DNA of 32,755 nt from Bipalium vagum (Eukaryota). Numbering within the stretch: the first letter of the stretch is position 1; each line of letters begins with the position of its first letter. Where the stretch lies: NCBI GenBank assembly GCA_037834085.1, contig JBBMKC010233833.1, positions 1 through 32,755 on the forward strand. The letters are read 5' to 3'. Positions 12,580 to 24,670 of the stretch are shown one piece after another. The notes below the pieces were generated by a model. That model was not told where the DNA came from. It was given only the letters and a program-made list of their open reading frames with translations, and ran no database searches. The position numbers and the translations under genes are program-made.

Positions 12580-13800
12580 CAGTCTATCCCCAAATATTTT
12601 ACAAAATCGGGGACCTGGAAAAAAATTGAAAAAAAACTTAGAGGAAAATAAATTTATTTAAACAAATATTATTAACCAATTATTAATTAACCACTATTAA
12701 ACAATTATACAAAAAGATACTTGATTAAATACTTAACAAACTCAAAAATATTTATTTATAAGTCAATCTTTCATTTCTTCGAAAAGTAATCCATAATTGT
12801 CTTCCGCTTACTGCTTAACTTTTGCTTATTGAAGATTTATTCAATAATCAATACGGAAATAATATCATCACTTGTAAGGTTATCCAAACTTACCAAAGAT
12901 GATATTATTTCATGAAAATAACCCAGACTTAATTTTCCTTCTTTATTGTCTTCATTCGTTTCTATTTCTTTAGCCATTTCGGCATCGTTGTAACCTTTTA
13001 AAATTTATCAAATGTTTGTTCTCAGAAGCACTTTTAAAAATTTAAATTATGTGTTTGTGGAAACATTTTTAATTATTACAAAAATATTTTAAAATTAATT
13101 TAATACTTTTATCAATTATTTTGTGACAATAAAATATGTTGCAATTAGTAAATTGGCTTTTTTGTCATTAAAATTATTGATAATACATAATGTTTGTTGA
13201 ATATTATTTTTAAGAAACAGGTGTAACATTGTGGTTTGAAAGTCATTAAACTATTTTAATGGTTTGTTTTGTTCGCTCATTTTAAGACATCATAAAAGAA
13301 TCGTTTTGTTATGTGGTACATCAAATGAAAGCATTGGGTTTTTTCTGAATTTAATGATTTATTTATTGACGATTTGTATTGAAGCTGTTCATTCTTTTAG
13401 AAATATATATAATAAATACAACTAATCGTCTGATTAAAGAACTTTTTCTGTACGAGTTTTTCTAATGACATACTGCGACTGAGTCGAACCTAACATTTGC
13501 AAAATGACAGTCAATGGTGCTGGGAATTGGTTTAAAGGTGACTCGTCTGATTTTAATGTACAACAAGAAATCGGAAACAAAAATATTAGATTAATTATTT
13601 CAATAGGTTTTGTAGTATGATTACTGCTAATTGCCACAAAAAACCTTTAGGCCTCAGCTTCTTTGATAAATTTAAAGCTTTTTTGTTTTCATTGAGAATT
13701 TATTTTTATTTCTGTCACCTTCAACTTCTTTTTATTGGAAAAGTACTCCATATTGATTTTTTGTATTAGATTGATGGAAAAGTATTGTCGCTTTTAATAT
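12580..13800 (-). mobile_element. Decayed pogo/Tigger (CENP-B-like) DNA transposon; upstream boundary approximate
   Basis: Minus strand remnants occur in the expected order: CENP-B HTH-like KALNLSKKLRPKGF/FVAISS (~13620-13690), KTILL and IKIV (~13250-13310), VSTNT*FKFLKSA (~13025-13063), and C-terminus KRKTIMDYFSKK* (stop at 12771-12773, compare KQTKITDYFKK*). The end TA-CAGT at 12578-12583 is pogo-type. Confidence 0.6.
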
Positions 13801-16659
13801 CAAAAATCTAAAGTCGATATGTCATTATGAAAACTTTATTAATTAAAATAATCACCATTGGCAATAACGACCCTTTGTTCTACAAGCTATTATTACTGTC
13901 TTTAATAATTCCGGATCACGGAATGTGACAAAAGAAGAATATTTTTTTAATCAATTACTTCCTAGTAAATTGTCAAATGATAAATACAGATGATAATCTG
14001 TTGAAGATATGTCTGTGAAGTAAGGTTGGTGAAGTAATGTTTCGTAACCCATAAACTAAATAGTCAGATTCTTCGATCAGAAATTCAGTATCAAAACTAA
14101 TTGAATAAATATTATTAATTTTACTTGAATACATAAAGGTAATGAAATGCTACAGTGAAGATTATTTTAAATTAATCCTGAGAAATTGTTTATCAATATA
14201 ACCTTTCAGTTTTGTGCTCATGATATGTCTGTTTATTGAGTACGTTTAATGAAAAACATCATTCGGATAAAAATATTATCATATTAAAAATATTCCTAAA
14301 TAATAAATAGAAAGACATTTCTGGAGAATATAAAGTGACAAAGTTGTCTATCTGTCTGAAAAACAATAGTGAGCGCAGGCACCCCATTGTTGTTGACGAG
14401 CTGAAGTGTATTTGGAAGTGTCTGATAATTCCCAGCTATTCTGATAATATTAAGGTTGCAGTCTAGATCTTGTGTAAAGATCAAACGTTATTAGTCACAT
14501 ATTATCAGCAGCTGCTCTGATCACACAGTGGCTCTCGGATGATTGATATGATAAAATAGATTTCGTCCATCCCTCTGCTTTCTTTCTTACGAATTCATTC
14601 AGATCAGGTGCGTCAGTTAATTGGGCGATGCACCAAAAACACATGGCCCTTTCACTGCATCTTTAATCAGTAACAGACGTCTAATTGATTTCGGGACGAC
14701 CCAGTATTAGTCGATATTATTGTTCATCTTGATGGATTTACCAATCTCTAAGCGGGAATATCGATTTTTGTTTTAATAGATTTCGTATTTTTAATAAAAT
14801 TCACGATAATCTAATATATGCCTAAATTGTCCGAGAGGTTTTTCTCGCACAGTTTTCTATGTGATTTATTTACACTTCGGGAATTTTTCCTCCGCAAATT
14901 TTGGACAATGGAAAATTTTCTTTGAAAAATTATCAATGCCGACTCCGAAAAATCGATACATTACTTATTACAGAATATCTCTCTTGCATTTTTTTTGTGA
15001 TGATCGCAAATTGTTCGCATGTTCGGGCCGGTAATGATAACAGATAATTATTTACAGCCATTATCGCTTTGGGAAAAATATTAAATTTACATTCCTTTTA
15101 CTTCCTTCGTAAAACATTCCATACAAAACCTGATACTTCACCGACATGAAATAGGGATGTTTTCCTTAGTCTTTCTCGAGACTCTCATAGCTAAAGAGAA
15201 TTAGTTGCAATTTATTTCTCATTAATAATATTGTGTTTCGTATTTTGCGTTGCAGTACTGAAAAGATGGTAAGAAATTACAATAATAATAAAAATAATAA
15301 TTATAGTAATAATAATAATTATTATAATTATAATAATAAATTTCTTAGAGTATCATGCGAGTTTTAGATGTTTTCTTATTAGGACGAAAAAAAAGAATTG
15401 GTAAAAAAGAAATTTATTGATGGAAAAAAAGTTTTATATAATGAAGACAGGGATTATGTATTGTGAGGAGAAAAGATTTTGATAATTGTTTTGGGATGCT
15501 TATATCATGTTTCCTTTCCGCATTCAATGAGAGCGACTGGGCCAAGAATATTATTAATTATTTACTAATTATTAATTTTTTTATGTTTTCTAATAAATTT
15601 GAATAATATATTATATAATATAATATATAAAAATATTAAAAAATAATTAAATTTATTGAAAATTTAAAAACTATATTAATTATTATTATTATTATTATTA
15701 ATAGCTGGTTTATCAAAAACTGAATCAGAACCAGGTGACCAACAAAAATATTGAACTTTTTAATTTGGAATGGAAAAAGAAATTAACATTTACACTAGAG
15801 GAAAAAATCGTGAAGAGGTTGTATGAAATGGTTGAGCTGCAAAAACTTTCCTTTGTAAAGGTTATCAAAATAAAAAGATAAGCGTAACTTATGAAAAAGT
15901 AATCATTTTTTTGTATTGCACCGAGAAACGATTGACAAAATCTACAAAGCGCACATTTAAGGTTATTTTGAAAGAGTTGTGAATTTTATTTAAACAGGGA
16001 AATTATTCTCAACTTTGTTTAAAATAAATATATAATAAAATTAAAAACAATTTTAAAAATTTTAAATCAAAACCATCTGAGACCAAAAAGTCTAATTAGT
16101 CTTGGTGGAGTAATTATTTCTTCGTAAAATTAATTTTTTATAATTTTGATTAATTGTTTAAATGAATAGATAATTATTTAATTATTTCTACGTATTGCTT
16201 AAAATGAGAGAAGAAATATAAAATATTGAATATATAATAAATTGTCAAAAAACTAAAGTACTATATAATCGATAAATATATCGTAAATAATATCAATTAA
16301 AAAATGAATTTCACAGTTAATTCGTAATTTTTATTTATGATAATATTTTTAATTATTTCAACGAATTGTTAAGTAAGGTATATATTTAATAATAATTATA
16401 ATATAAATTAAAAATAATAATAAATTTACCCCAACTAGACTGCAAAATTAATTTTGGTATTGAATTTCAATTGTGAGATTTGTTTAATCAATTCATTATG
16501 AAAATTAACAGACTTTAAAATGTTGATATATATAAGAAAATATTTATTTAATTATGTAAAAAGGAGACAAAATTATTTAGAGAATAAACGAATATTTACT
16601 CATTTATGGAATAATTTCCTTTGTAAAAACACTACTTGTTCCTATATCGATTATCTGAT

Positions 16660-16885
16660 AATAATTTAATAATATTAATAATAATAAAATATAAATAATA
16701 ATAAAATATAAATATAATAATAATATAATATAAATATATTAATAATTTTTATAATATAATAACAATATAAGAATATAATAGTAATGTAATATTATAAATA
16801 TAATATAATAATATAATGATAATATTATAATATTATAATATGATAGTAATATAATATTATAAATATAACATAATAACGATATAAT

Positions 16886-16917
<32 letters not shown>

Positions 16918-16990
16918 CATTTTCATTTTCATTTTCATATTTATATTCATATTAATAATAATAGTAATAGTAATAATAATAATTTTTTAA
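16660..16990. repeat. AAT/TAA-rich low-complexity tract
   Basis: Near-pure A/T degenerate (AAT)n with (ttttca)3 at ~16920-16937. Confidence 0.85.
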
Positions 16991-18345
16991 TATTTTTTAT
17001 ATAATTATTGTATAATATTTTATCAATGTAATCACATTAATCAATATGAATATTCATTGAAAGATTTAGAGAGTTAAATGTGGATTTAAAGTCTTTTCAG
17101 GTGTATTAGAAAGTGTTTGTGATAAATCAAGGAAAATTATATTAAATATTAAATTGCTGGCAAAAATATTATTTTGCTATTATTTAATTGATTCACTGAA
17201 ACTGCAAGGTGAAAACTGGCTGATAGGAGGTCTAAAGGATAATCTATGTTGATAATCAACAATACAAGTTTCTTTTAATTAGGGTAAGTTTCAATTGATC
17301 AGAGACCTTTTGACAATGATGATCCATGTTCTTCTTTGTAAAACGTTACATTATTCTATGTTATAATGAAGATCTTTTATGAATTAATATTGATGGAAAA
17401 GTTTGATAAAATAGATTCTGGAAAAATTCATATCACTTTTTTGATCTTCGTTAAAGATGTATGCGGTCGACAAAGACTACCTTAAAAAAACAATATTACC
17501 ATTGAAGGGTTAAACCCTATGCTATGTTAATCTGTTTCTTCTTTATAAAATATATTGCAAGTCAAAATATAAATCTTAAAATTCTGTGATAAGAAAATTG
17601 TATCGATTGTTTAAATTGAACTTTGTCTTTTTAAACAAACTATTTAAATAAATAATTTTTAGTATATTATTTAAACGTTTTCTTAGGTATCTCTTATTCA
17701 AAAAAATATAAAAGAGCAATTATTTTATTCTAAAAAATTAAAGTTTTACTTCATCCTTTTCTTATTTCTATTTTGTCTCATTTTAAAGTGATAAATATTT
17801 GTGGCAATTAATATTCAACAAACAACCATTGAAGATCTGTCAATCCAGCATTTTTGCAATTAATCGTTAATAGGAAATTAAAATTATGAAATTAATTTCT
17901 AATTAATTCTTAATAAATTAATTAGTCTTTAATTAAATTAATAACAGTTACCAATATTGGTCATTGGAAAATATTTGATTGATAATCCATAAATCATATG
18001 AACCGTGGGGCCATTCTTTTAAATCCCTCAAAAAATAATAATTTTAGATTGGTATAAAAATACTAATGGGTCATTTTTTTAATATACATTTCAAGAAAAA
18101 ATCATTAATCAAAGTTACAATCATAAATCTCAAAATAATTTTTTAATTGGATATTAATATAATTAATAAATATTAAAAATATATTATATATATATTGTAT
18201 TATAACCTTTGTTAATTTACTCATAAATAATTCATATATAATAAATATAAATAAATAATTCACGTATTAAAATTTCGGGAAAATTAAAAAATATTTTTAA
18301 AAAATTCCATTGATATTTTTATTTATTAATTTTATTTAATTTTAG

Positions 18346-18391
18346 TATATATATTTCTTGTCAATCAATCAATCAATGGACTACGTCCTGA
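18346..18391 (+). CDS. Coding exon 2 (46 nt, second half of signal peptide) of the Ig-domain receptor gene
   Basis: Acceptor tttatttaattttag and perfect donor gtaagt at 18392. Phase 1 to phase 2, reading (V)YIFLVNQSINGLRP(E). The joined product MLECLRISVIIVYIFLVNQSING-LRPE has a hydrophobic core and a small residue at a plausible cleavage site. Confidence 0.78.
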
Positions 18392-19239
18392 GTAAGTACT
18401 TTTTTTATTGAATATAATAAATAATGGAAAATGTGAAGATAATAATAATGTCATTGGTATTATTTAATTTCATAAATAAATTTGATAATTTAAAAATTTC
18501 ACATTAACAAATAAATAATATATTATTTTTTAAACTAAAAATTAATTTTCAGAAAAAATCTTTCTAAAAAAACCCGTTAAAATAACCATTACGAAATTAT
18601 CATACTGATTATGTATACATAAAGAAAAATATCTCGCTTCACTGCAGTTATCATAATAATTATTTTAAATATTTATTTATATTTCATGTTCGTTCATTTT
18701 TCCAAATATTTTAGTTCATATTTCTATTTACTATGTTGAAAAAATTAAGCCCGTTTCCAGATTCTGGATAGACTTATTAATTACAGATTATTTTTCAAAG
18801 ATTTTCTTTCATATATATATTTTTTCTTTTACTTATTTTTGGGTTGATAAGATTATAAGTGGAAAAGTGGCTTTTTGGATACCTATCTCTGGCTGGTGAC
18901 GCCAAAAAGGGCAGATAAAATAAATAATTCAGAAGAATTTCAATTTTGTAATTTTTCTCCATTTTAATTTAACTTTATCTATAAATGTAATATTTTTTGA
19001 TATTATATAAGAAACTAAATTAAAGTAATAAATTTTTCATAAAATTAATCTATAAAAATCTATATTATTGAAATACAATTTGGCGGGAGTTGTTAGATTA
19101 TTATTTGGATTATTTAAACAAATGCTAAAAAAGGACTAAAGTTATGCATACACCATATATATAAATAAATTCAGTGAACAATAATCTTTTATTTTTAAAA
19201 TACTTTTAAAAAACATTTTTGAACAAACAAAATTTTATC

Positions 19240-19307
19240 TATAATACTATCTTGAAACATGTTTCGATCTTTTCATTCAGATCTTCTTCAGTCAACTTTA
19301 TATTATA
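19240..19307 (-). ncRNA. Minimal type I hammerhead ribozyme (Penelope-like element type)
   Basis: The minus strand 19295-19252 reads UUGA-CUGAAGA-A-GAUC-UGAAUGAAAA-GAUC-GAA-ACAUGU-U-UCAA. Both catalytic boxes are present, stem II is GAUC/GAUC, stem III is the palindromic ACAUGU, and stem I is UUGA/UCAA extended by UAUAAUA/UAUUAUA beyond a 5x5 internal loop. Confidence 0.78.
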
Positions 19308-21025
19308 TACATAAAATTGTATTTAAAACAAATTAGAAAATTTGACAATGTATGAAAAACATGAAGGGAAATTGCGTAAAGGGAAATATGTCAATTTCGA
19401 TATTAATGGGAAAAGATTTCTCTTGGTAAATTAATTAGATTTATTAACGAAGATCTGGTGTAAATGGATCTTGCAAGCAATTAATATTTGTTAAAATTAT
19501 TACAAATTCTAAGTTGTAAATCCTCGTTATTGATACCATATTTCATATGGAAAACACTTGTTTGGAATGCTTGTTCAAAGCAAAAATCAAATATGTCAAT
19601 CACTGATAATTTGGCATGGCACTATTGATTAATGGTCTAAGAATTGGGGAATTTTACATGGAACCCATTGAAATACTCTGGTTTGCATTTGCCAATTACA
19701 AAAGTGGTCGTTCCTTTGTGAATGGACTCCCCGTTTTTTTTCTTGACTTAATTTCATAAATTATTGAAACTTCATTCAATGATTCCAACTATCATTTATC
19801 TCATACATATTTGCATGAAAGCAATTAGTAGACTTTGGCTCGCGCTTGACTAATTATGCAAATGAAAAATAAAAATGAACCAATTCCATCCTGCATTCTT
19901 AGCCCTGGTCGTCTTGGTAGTTGTACCAAGGTACTGTGGTTGGTGCTATTCTGTCAAATATTACTACCCTTTTCGTGGTGATATAATTGATTTGATTTGA
20001 TTTGAGAATTAATGGTGATTTCGGGAAATTAGCGTCAAAATCACTTGGGACGCAATCTGGTATTGTTTTCTACAATAAGAACAAAATTATTGAACATAAG
20101 GCGTATGATAAAGAGATAAGATATAAAATCCCGCTGTTTATTATTCACTATCAATATGTTTCCGGGGAAATATCAATTATACCTATCCTATTAAGAAGTC
20201 TCCTAGTCATCATTGCGTCATTTTTGCCATATTTTTCGTAACACATTTAGATTAAATAGCACAGTTCCAGTGACATAAACCATCTGTGATTACGATGTTT
20301 GTGAACCAAATATGTTACTTATAAAACTACTTAGGGGTTGCTGTAAAGGATATGATGACACAGTGGCCAATATATTTCTCAATCCGTGCACATTGATGGA
20401 TTATCATTAAATTATTAAACAATTGTGAAACGATAAATTTCTTTCTTTTTCCATTTTTGAAAAAAATTAAATATTCAATATTTGGAAAATAATGTTACTC
20501 CATTTATTCTTAAATCTCATTTTTTTTAAAAAAATAGAAAAAAATAATGAGAATAAATATTCATGCAAAAAGATGGTAATTAATTGTATATGACTGGTAA
20601 AAAATTAATAAATAATGACAATAAAAATAATAAGTGATTTATTGACTTTGTTTCACAGAAATTTAATTTTAAAATATTTTTCATTTTTCTATTGAAAAAT
20701 AAAATTTTCTTAATATTGATGTGGAAATTATTTTTTAAAAAAATTTTTTGTTAATTATTTTTAATTGGAAGAATTTAAAAGAAAGATTTTGAAATCGAAT
20801 TTATTTTGTTTGTTTAAAAAATAAAATACGTTCCTCCTGAGTCTTAAAAAAACGTTCTCTTTTTTCTTCAAAGTATTTATAATAATCAATGAAAAAATTA
20901 AAAGGAAAAATAAAATATTATCATAATAAATTTGAATAAAATTTCAAAATTTAGAATAATTGAAATAATTTAATTTTTTAATTTTAAATTACTTAAACTT
21001 TCATGATGGTTTTTATTATTTTAAT

Positions 21026-21162
21026 NNNNNNNNNNNNNNNNNNNNNNNNNNNNNNNNNNNNNNNNNNNNNNNNNNNNNNNNNNNNNNNNNNNNNNNNNNN
21101 NNNNNNNNNNNNNNNNNNNNNNNNNNNNNNNNNNNNNNNNNNNNNNNNNNNNNNNNNNNNNN
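21026..21162. other. Assembly gap (137 N) within an intron
   Basis: Run of n characters. Exon phases on either side (18391 to 21577) are compatible. Confidence 0.98.
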
Positions 21163-21576
21163 TATTTCTGCTAATGTAAATCAAGGTATTTAATCAAAAA
21201 ATTATTTAATTATTTAATTTTCAATTGAAATATGTTGTTTTAATCGAAGTTTTCTGTAATATTTTTTGACATCTTTTATCAAATAGACCGCGTTGAGCTA
21301 TATTCCTTTATCGCAATTATTTTTCATCGATTATATGATAATGATTGCCTGACAATATTTCACATAAATTTTTATTAACTTTATCATTAATAAATATCTA
21401 ATATTAAATAATAAAATTGATAAAAATCGACTTTTTACAATGACAATTTAAAGGTAAATAAAAAATAAAAAAAACTCAGTCCACAGTAAAATATTAATAA
21501 TATTTTAAAATAAAATATAACCAATGGAATCTATAGAAAATTAATCTGGGCATTAATATTTTTCTTTCTTTTTCAG

Positions 21577-21620
21577 AATTAAAAAACCAACTAATTCCCA
21601 ATTGCTACCCCGTTCTGAAG
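21577..21620 (+). CDS. Coding exon 3 (44 nt, N-terminal linker) of the Ig-domain receptor gene
   Basis: Strong acceptor tttttctttctttttcag and donor GAAG|gtaatt. Phase 2 to phase 1, reading (E)IKKPTNSQLLPRSE(G). Phases match both neighbouring exons. Confidence 0.8.
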
Positions 21621-24327
21621 GTAATTTTTGTTGAAAATAAAACAATCTGACTTATATAAATATTTAATGAATGATTTTTTAATTGAAAATGAAATTTTAT
21701 GATTGCAATTAATTTTTATTAAAAACATGGGAAACAGGATGGATTATATACGTAAATCAATAGTGGTAATGCATATTTGGGAAGATAGATATAATTAGAA
21801 AGCAGATAAATCCCAGCAAAGCCGTTTGGTTTTGGTATCATATGATAAGATGAGCAATCATCCTCAATGAAGCGCATATTTTCTCAGTGAATTCTGCGCA
21901 ACGAAACCTTATCTGACGCCTCTCGCGGTTCTGAAATGCCGTTGATTAGGAACCGTAATTAAGTCAAATAATTTGACTTGTGCACTAATACAATTCATGT
22001 CATGTTAATTAGCCAAAGAAATGAGGTTCATTTACCGAGCTAATTATCATTCCTAGACATAACCCATAGGGATTTCCAAAGGCTGATAATTAACAATCAC
22101 TGATTCCAGCCATAAGCCGGCGAGGACCACCGAAAACAACATGAGAATGGTCATGAAGAAAATCGACCTGATTATAGACAAGATCAATTTTGATTAAGGC
22201 ATAGAATACGGTTCAGACAATTTATAAAAGTTTATAAATTCAAAGTTTTTTACAATTTTTTAATTTGGCTTTGATTAATTATTAATTATTTTGATTCATA
22301 AGAAAATTATTTTTATGATATCGCTTTAAAGACAATTTTTCCAATTTTTTTGAATGTATTATTTAAGTATATTTACAATGTAATATATTATATTATTGTA
22401 TACAATTTATTTATTATCATTTTTATTTTTAATTTCCAAAAAAATTAACATTTTATCGACTTGATAAATTAAAATACACCAAATTGCATCTCTTAAATCA
22501 ATATAATTTGGAAATGTTAATTTTTAATTTTTATTAAGTATAAAATATTTTAATATATTTTTAATATATCTTTAAATATTTTATTGAATTGGAATAATTT
22601 TCAGAATTTATTTTAAGTTCAAATTACAAATAATTATTTTTAATTTTAATTTTTAAAAAAAATAATATTTCATTATTTTTAAAAACAGTTTTTTAAAATT
22701 TTTACAAGTAAGCTTTTTTCTTATTTTTAATTGAATATTTAAACAATTAGGATTATTTTCTATTTTTAATATTATTATCGATTATAATTATTTTAATTTT
22801 CCTTGATTTATTTTTATATAAATAAACTAATCATTAAATTAATTTTTTTTGTGAACTTGGAAAATAATTTTAAATTTAAAAATTTACAGATCCTGTTATA
22901 TTCTTGATCAAAAAAAAGTTTCATGTTTTTATTAATACAAGTGATGTCATTTTTCATTGATCAAAAATCCATGCCTTCCTGAGCATGATTGGTAGGGTTT
23001 TGGTATAATTGACGATTCGAAGAATATAAATATATTTTTTCACTTGATAAAGGATAAAAAATCTGCCGCGATTCAATTATAATGAGTTATGAATGGAGAG
23101 CTTACTCACAATTGTCTAAAGACAAAAAATGTACACATTGATCGACTGTGAATCATCAAATGAATCTTGTAACCAGGGACATCAGCGCTCATAAAACAGA
23201 TAATAGTCTTTTTGAGGAAAACTCAAGGTTAATATCGTTCCATTGAAGGGCATATATGTTAAGGTTCTACATTCATACCTTTATGAATTGATGTGGAAAA
23301 CGAATATTCAAAGGAAAAATCCACGAGTCATTTTAGAATCATTAAAAATTACTTGTCATTTTAATAAAATTTTCTTAGTAAATTTTTTTTAATGTCTTAG
23401 TCGTACCTTTATTTTGAATAACGATTTTCATCAAGTTTTTTGACCAAAATTGATCCAAATTTATTGAAATTTGTTTACATACGAGTTAAAATTATCAAGA
23501 TATATATTTTATATTAAAAAATAATTTTTTTGTCATAATATTTTAATTATATTTGATATTTCTGTGATATATTTTCCTATTGATTTTTTCACAATAACCC
23601 TGCCAAAAAATTAATTTCATTAATATTATTAAAAATATTTCTTAACGTTATTTAAAAAGAATTGATTTATTTTAATATAATTACTGTGAGGAGTCCTCGA
23701 ATAATTTTATTTCCTTTTGAAATTATCTGTATGAACTCAATGATAATGTATAATAAATGAAAGTAATCATATTTATTCATCTAACGTAACTTCCATTGAG
23801 AAATATATCAAAGGCCAAACGATGATATCATATCTAAATTGGCTATGATTAAAACACGTGGAACATCGATAAATCGAAAATGATGAAAATACGATTCTGT
23901 TACATTGGGGATTTTTTTGGAAAAGGGCGACCTAAATTATTATTAGAAAAAATAAAAATAAAATCAATATGCCATCCATTTATCGTTGTGTGAAACGAGA
24001 GAATGTCGAGTGAGCTCTGAATATCAAGAATATAACTGACACAGCCAATTCAGGAAAAGAGGAGATCATAAAATGTTACGGTTCGATAGTAAAACAATTC
24101 CATCAGTCGGCTTTAAGAGAATAGGACTACTCATTATTTGGGCATTAAATCATAACGATCCGTTGACAAGTTGAATGAGATATCATTAACGGTGAACTTA
24201 TATCCCAGTTATGTCTGATATTGACAGAACCAATCTTTATAACTGTTATTTCGGAATTGATTTCATTAATCTATACCGATTGCAATCGTTATTATTTGAT
24301 GATGATAATAATAATATTATTATTCAG

Positions 24328-24505
24328 GCTTTATTAAATTGAATATAAATCTGAAAAACGTCACTGCCCACGTGGGGAAAAAGGCGTCGTTCTTTTGTGA
24401 TATCAGCGGAAAACCGATGCCTCAAATATCGTGGAAAAAAGGTCTGCTGCCTTTAACCGATATCAGCCTGAAGATTAAAATACGACACCGGCTATGGGGC
24501 AGTGT
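24328..24505 (+). CDS. Coding exon 4: N-terminal part of an I-set Ig domain, Ror-like
   Basis: Acceptor ttattcag and donor gtaaat at 24506. Reads (G)FIKLNINLKNVTAHVGKKASFFCDISGKPMPQISWKKGLLPLTDISLKIKIRHRLWGS(V), with the B-strand Cys, GxPxPxIxW motif and NVT sequon. WGSxLxI recalls the YGSRLRI motif of the Ror1/2 Ig domain. Locally GC-rich. Confidence 0.92.
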
Positions 24506-24560
24506 GTAAATACAGTCTCTTGTTGTGAGTGCCGTTGTCAAATGACGTCTTTTTTTTCAG

Positions 24561-24670
24561 ATTGAAAATCGAAGATCTTGACTTTAGCGACGAAGGATTC
24601 TATGTCTGCCATGCAGAAAACATCCATGGCGCCATCAATACGTCAGCTTATTTGAAAGTAATCAAGCAAC
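24561..24670 (+). CDS. Coding exon 5: C-terminal part of the I-set Ig domain
   Basis: Follows a 55-nt GT-AG intron (24506-24560, ending ttttttttcag). Reads LKIEDLDFSDEGFYVCHAENIHGAINTSAYLKVIKQ, containing the canonical DxGxYxCxAxN motif. Donor gtaagt at 24671 is phase 1, typical of Ig module boundaries. Confidence 0.93.

Noticed and set aside
20993-21184. ORF spanning Ns
   Set aside because: Artefact of the assembly gap.
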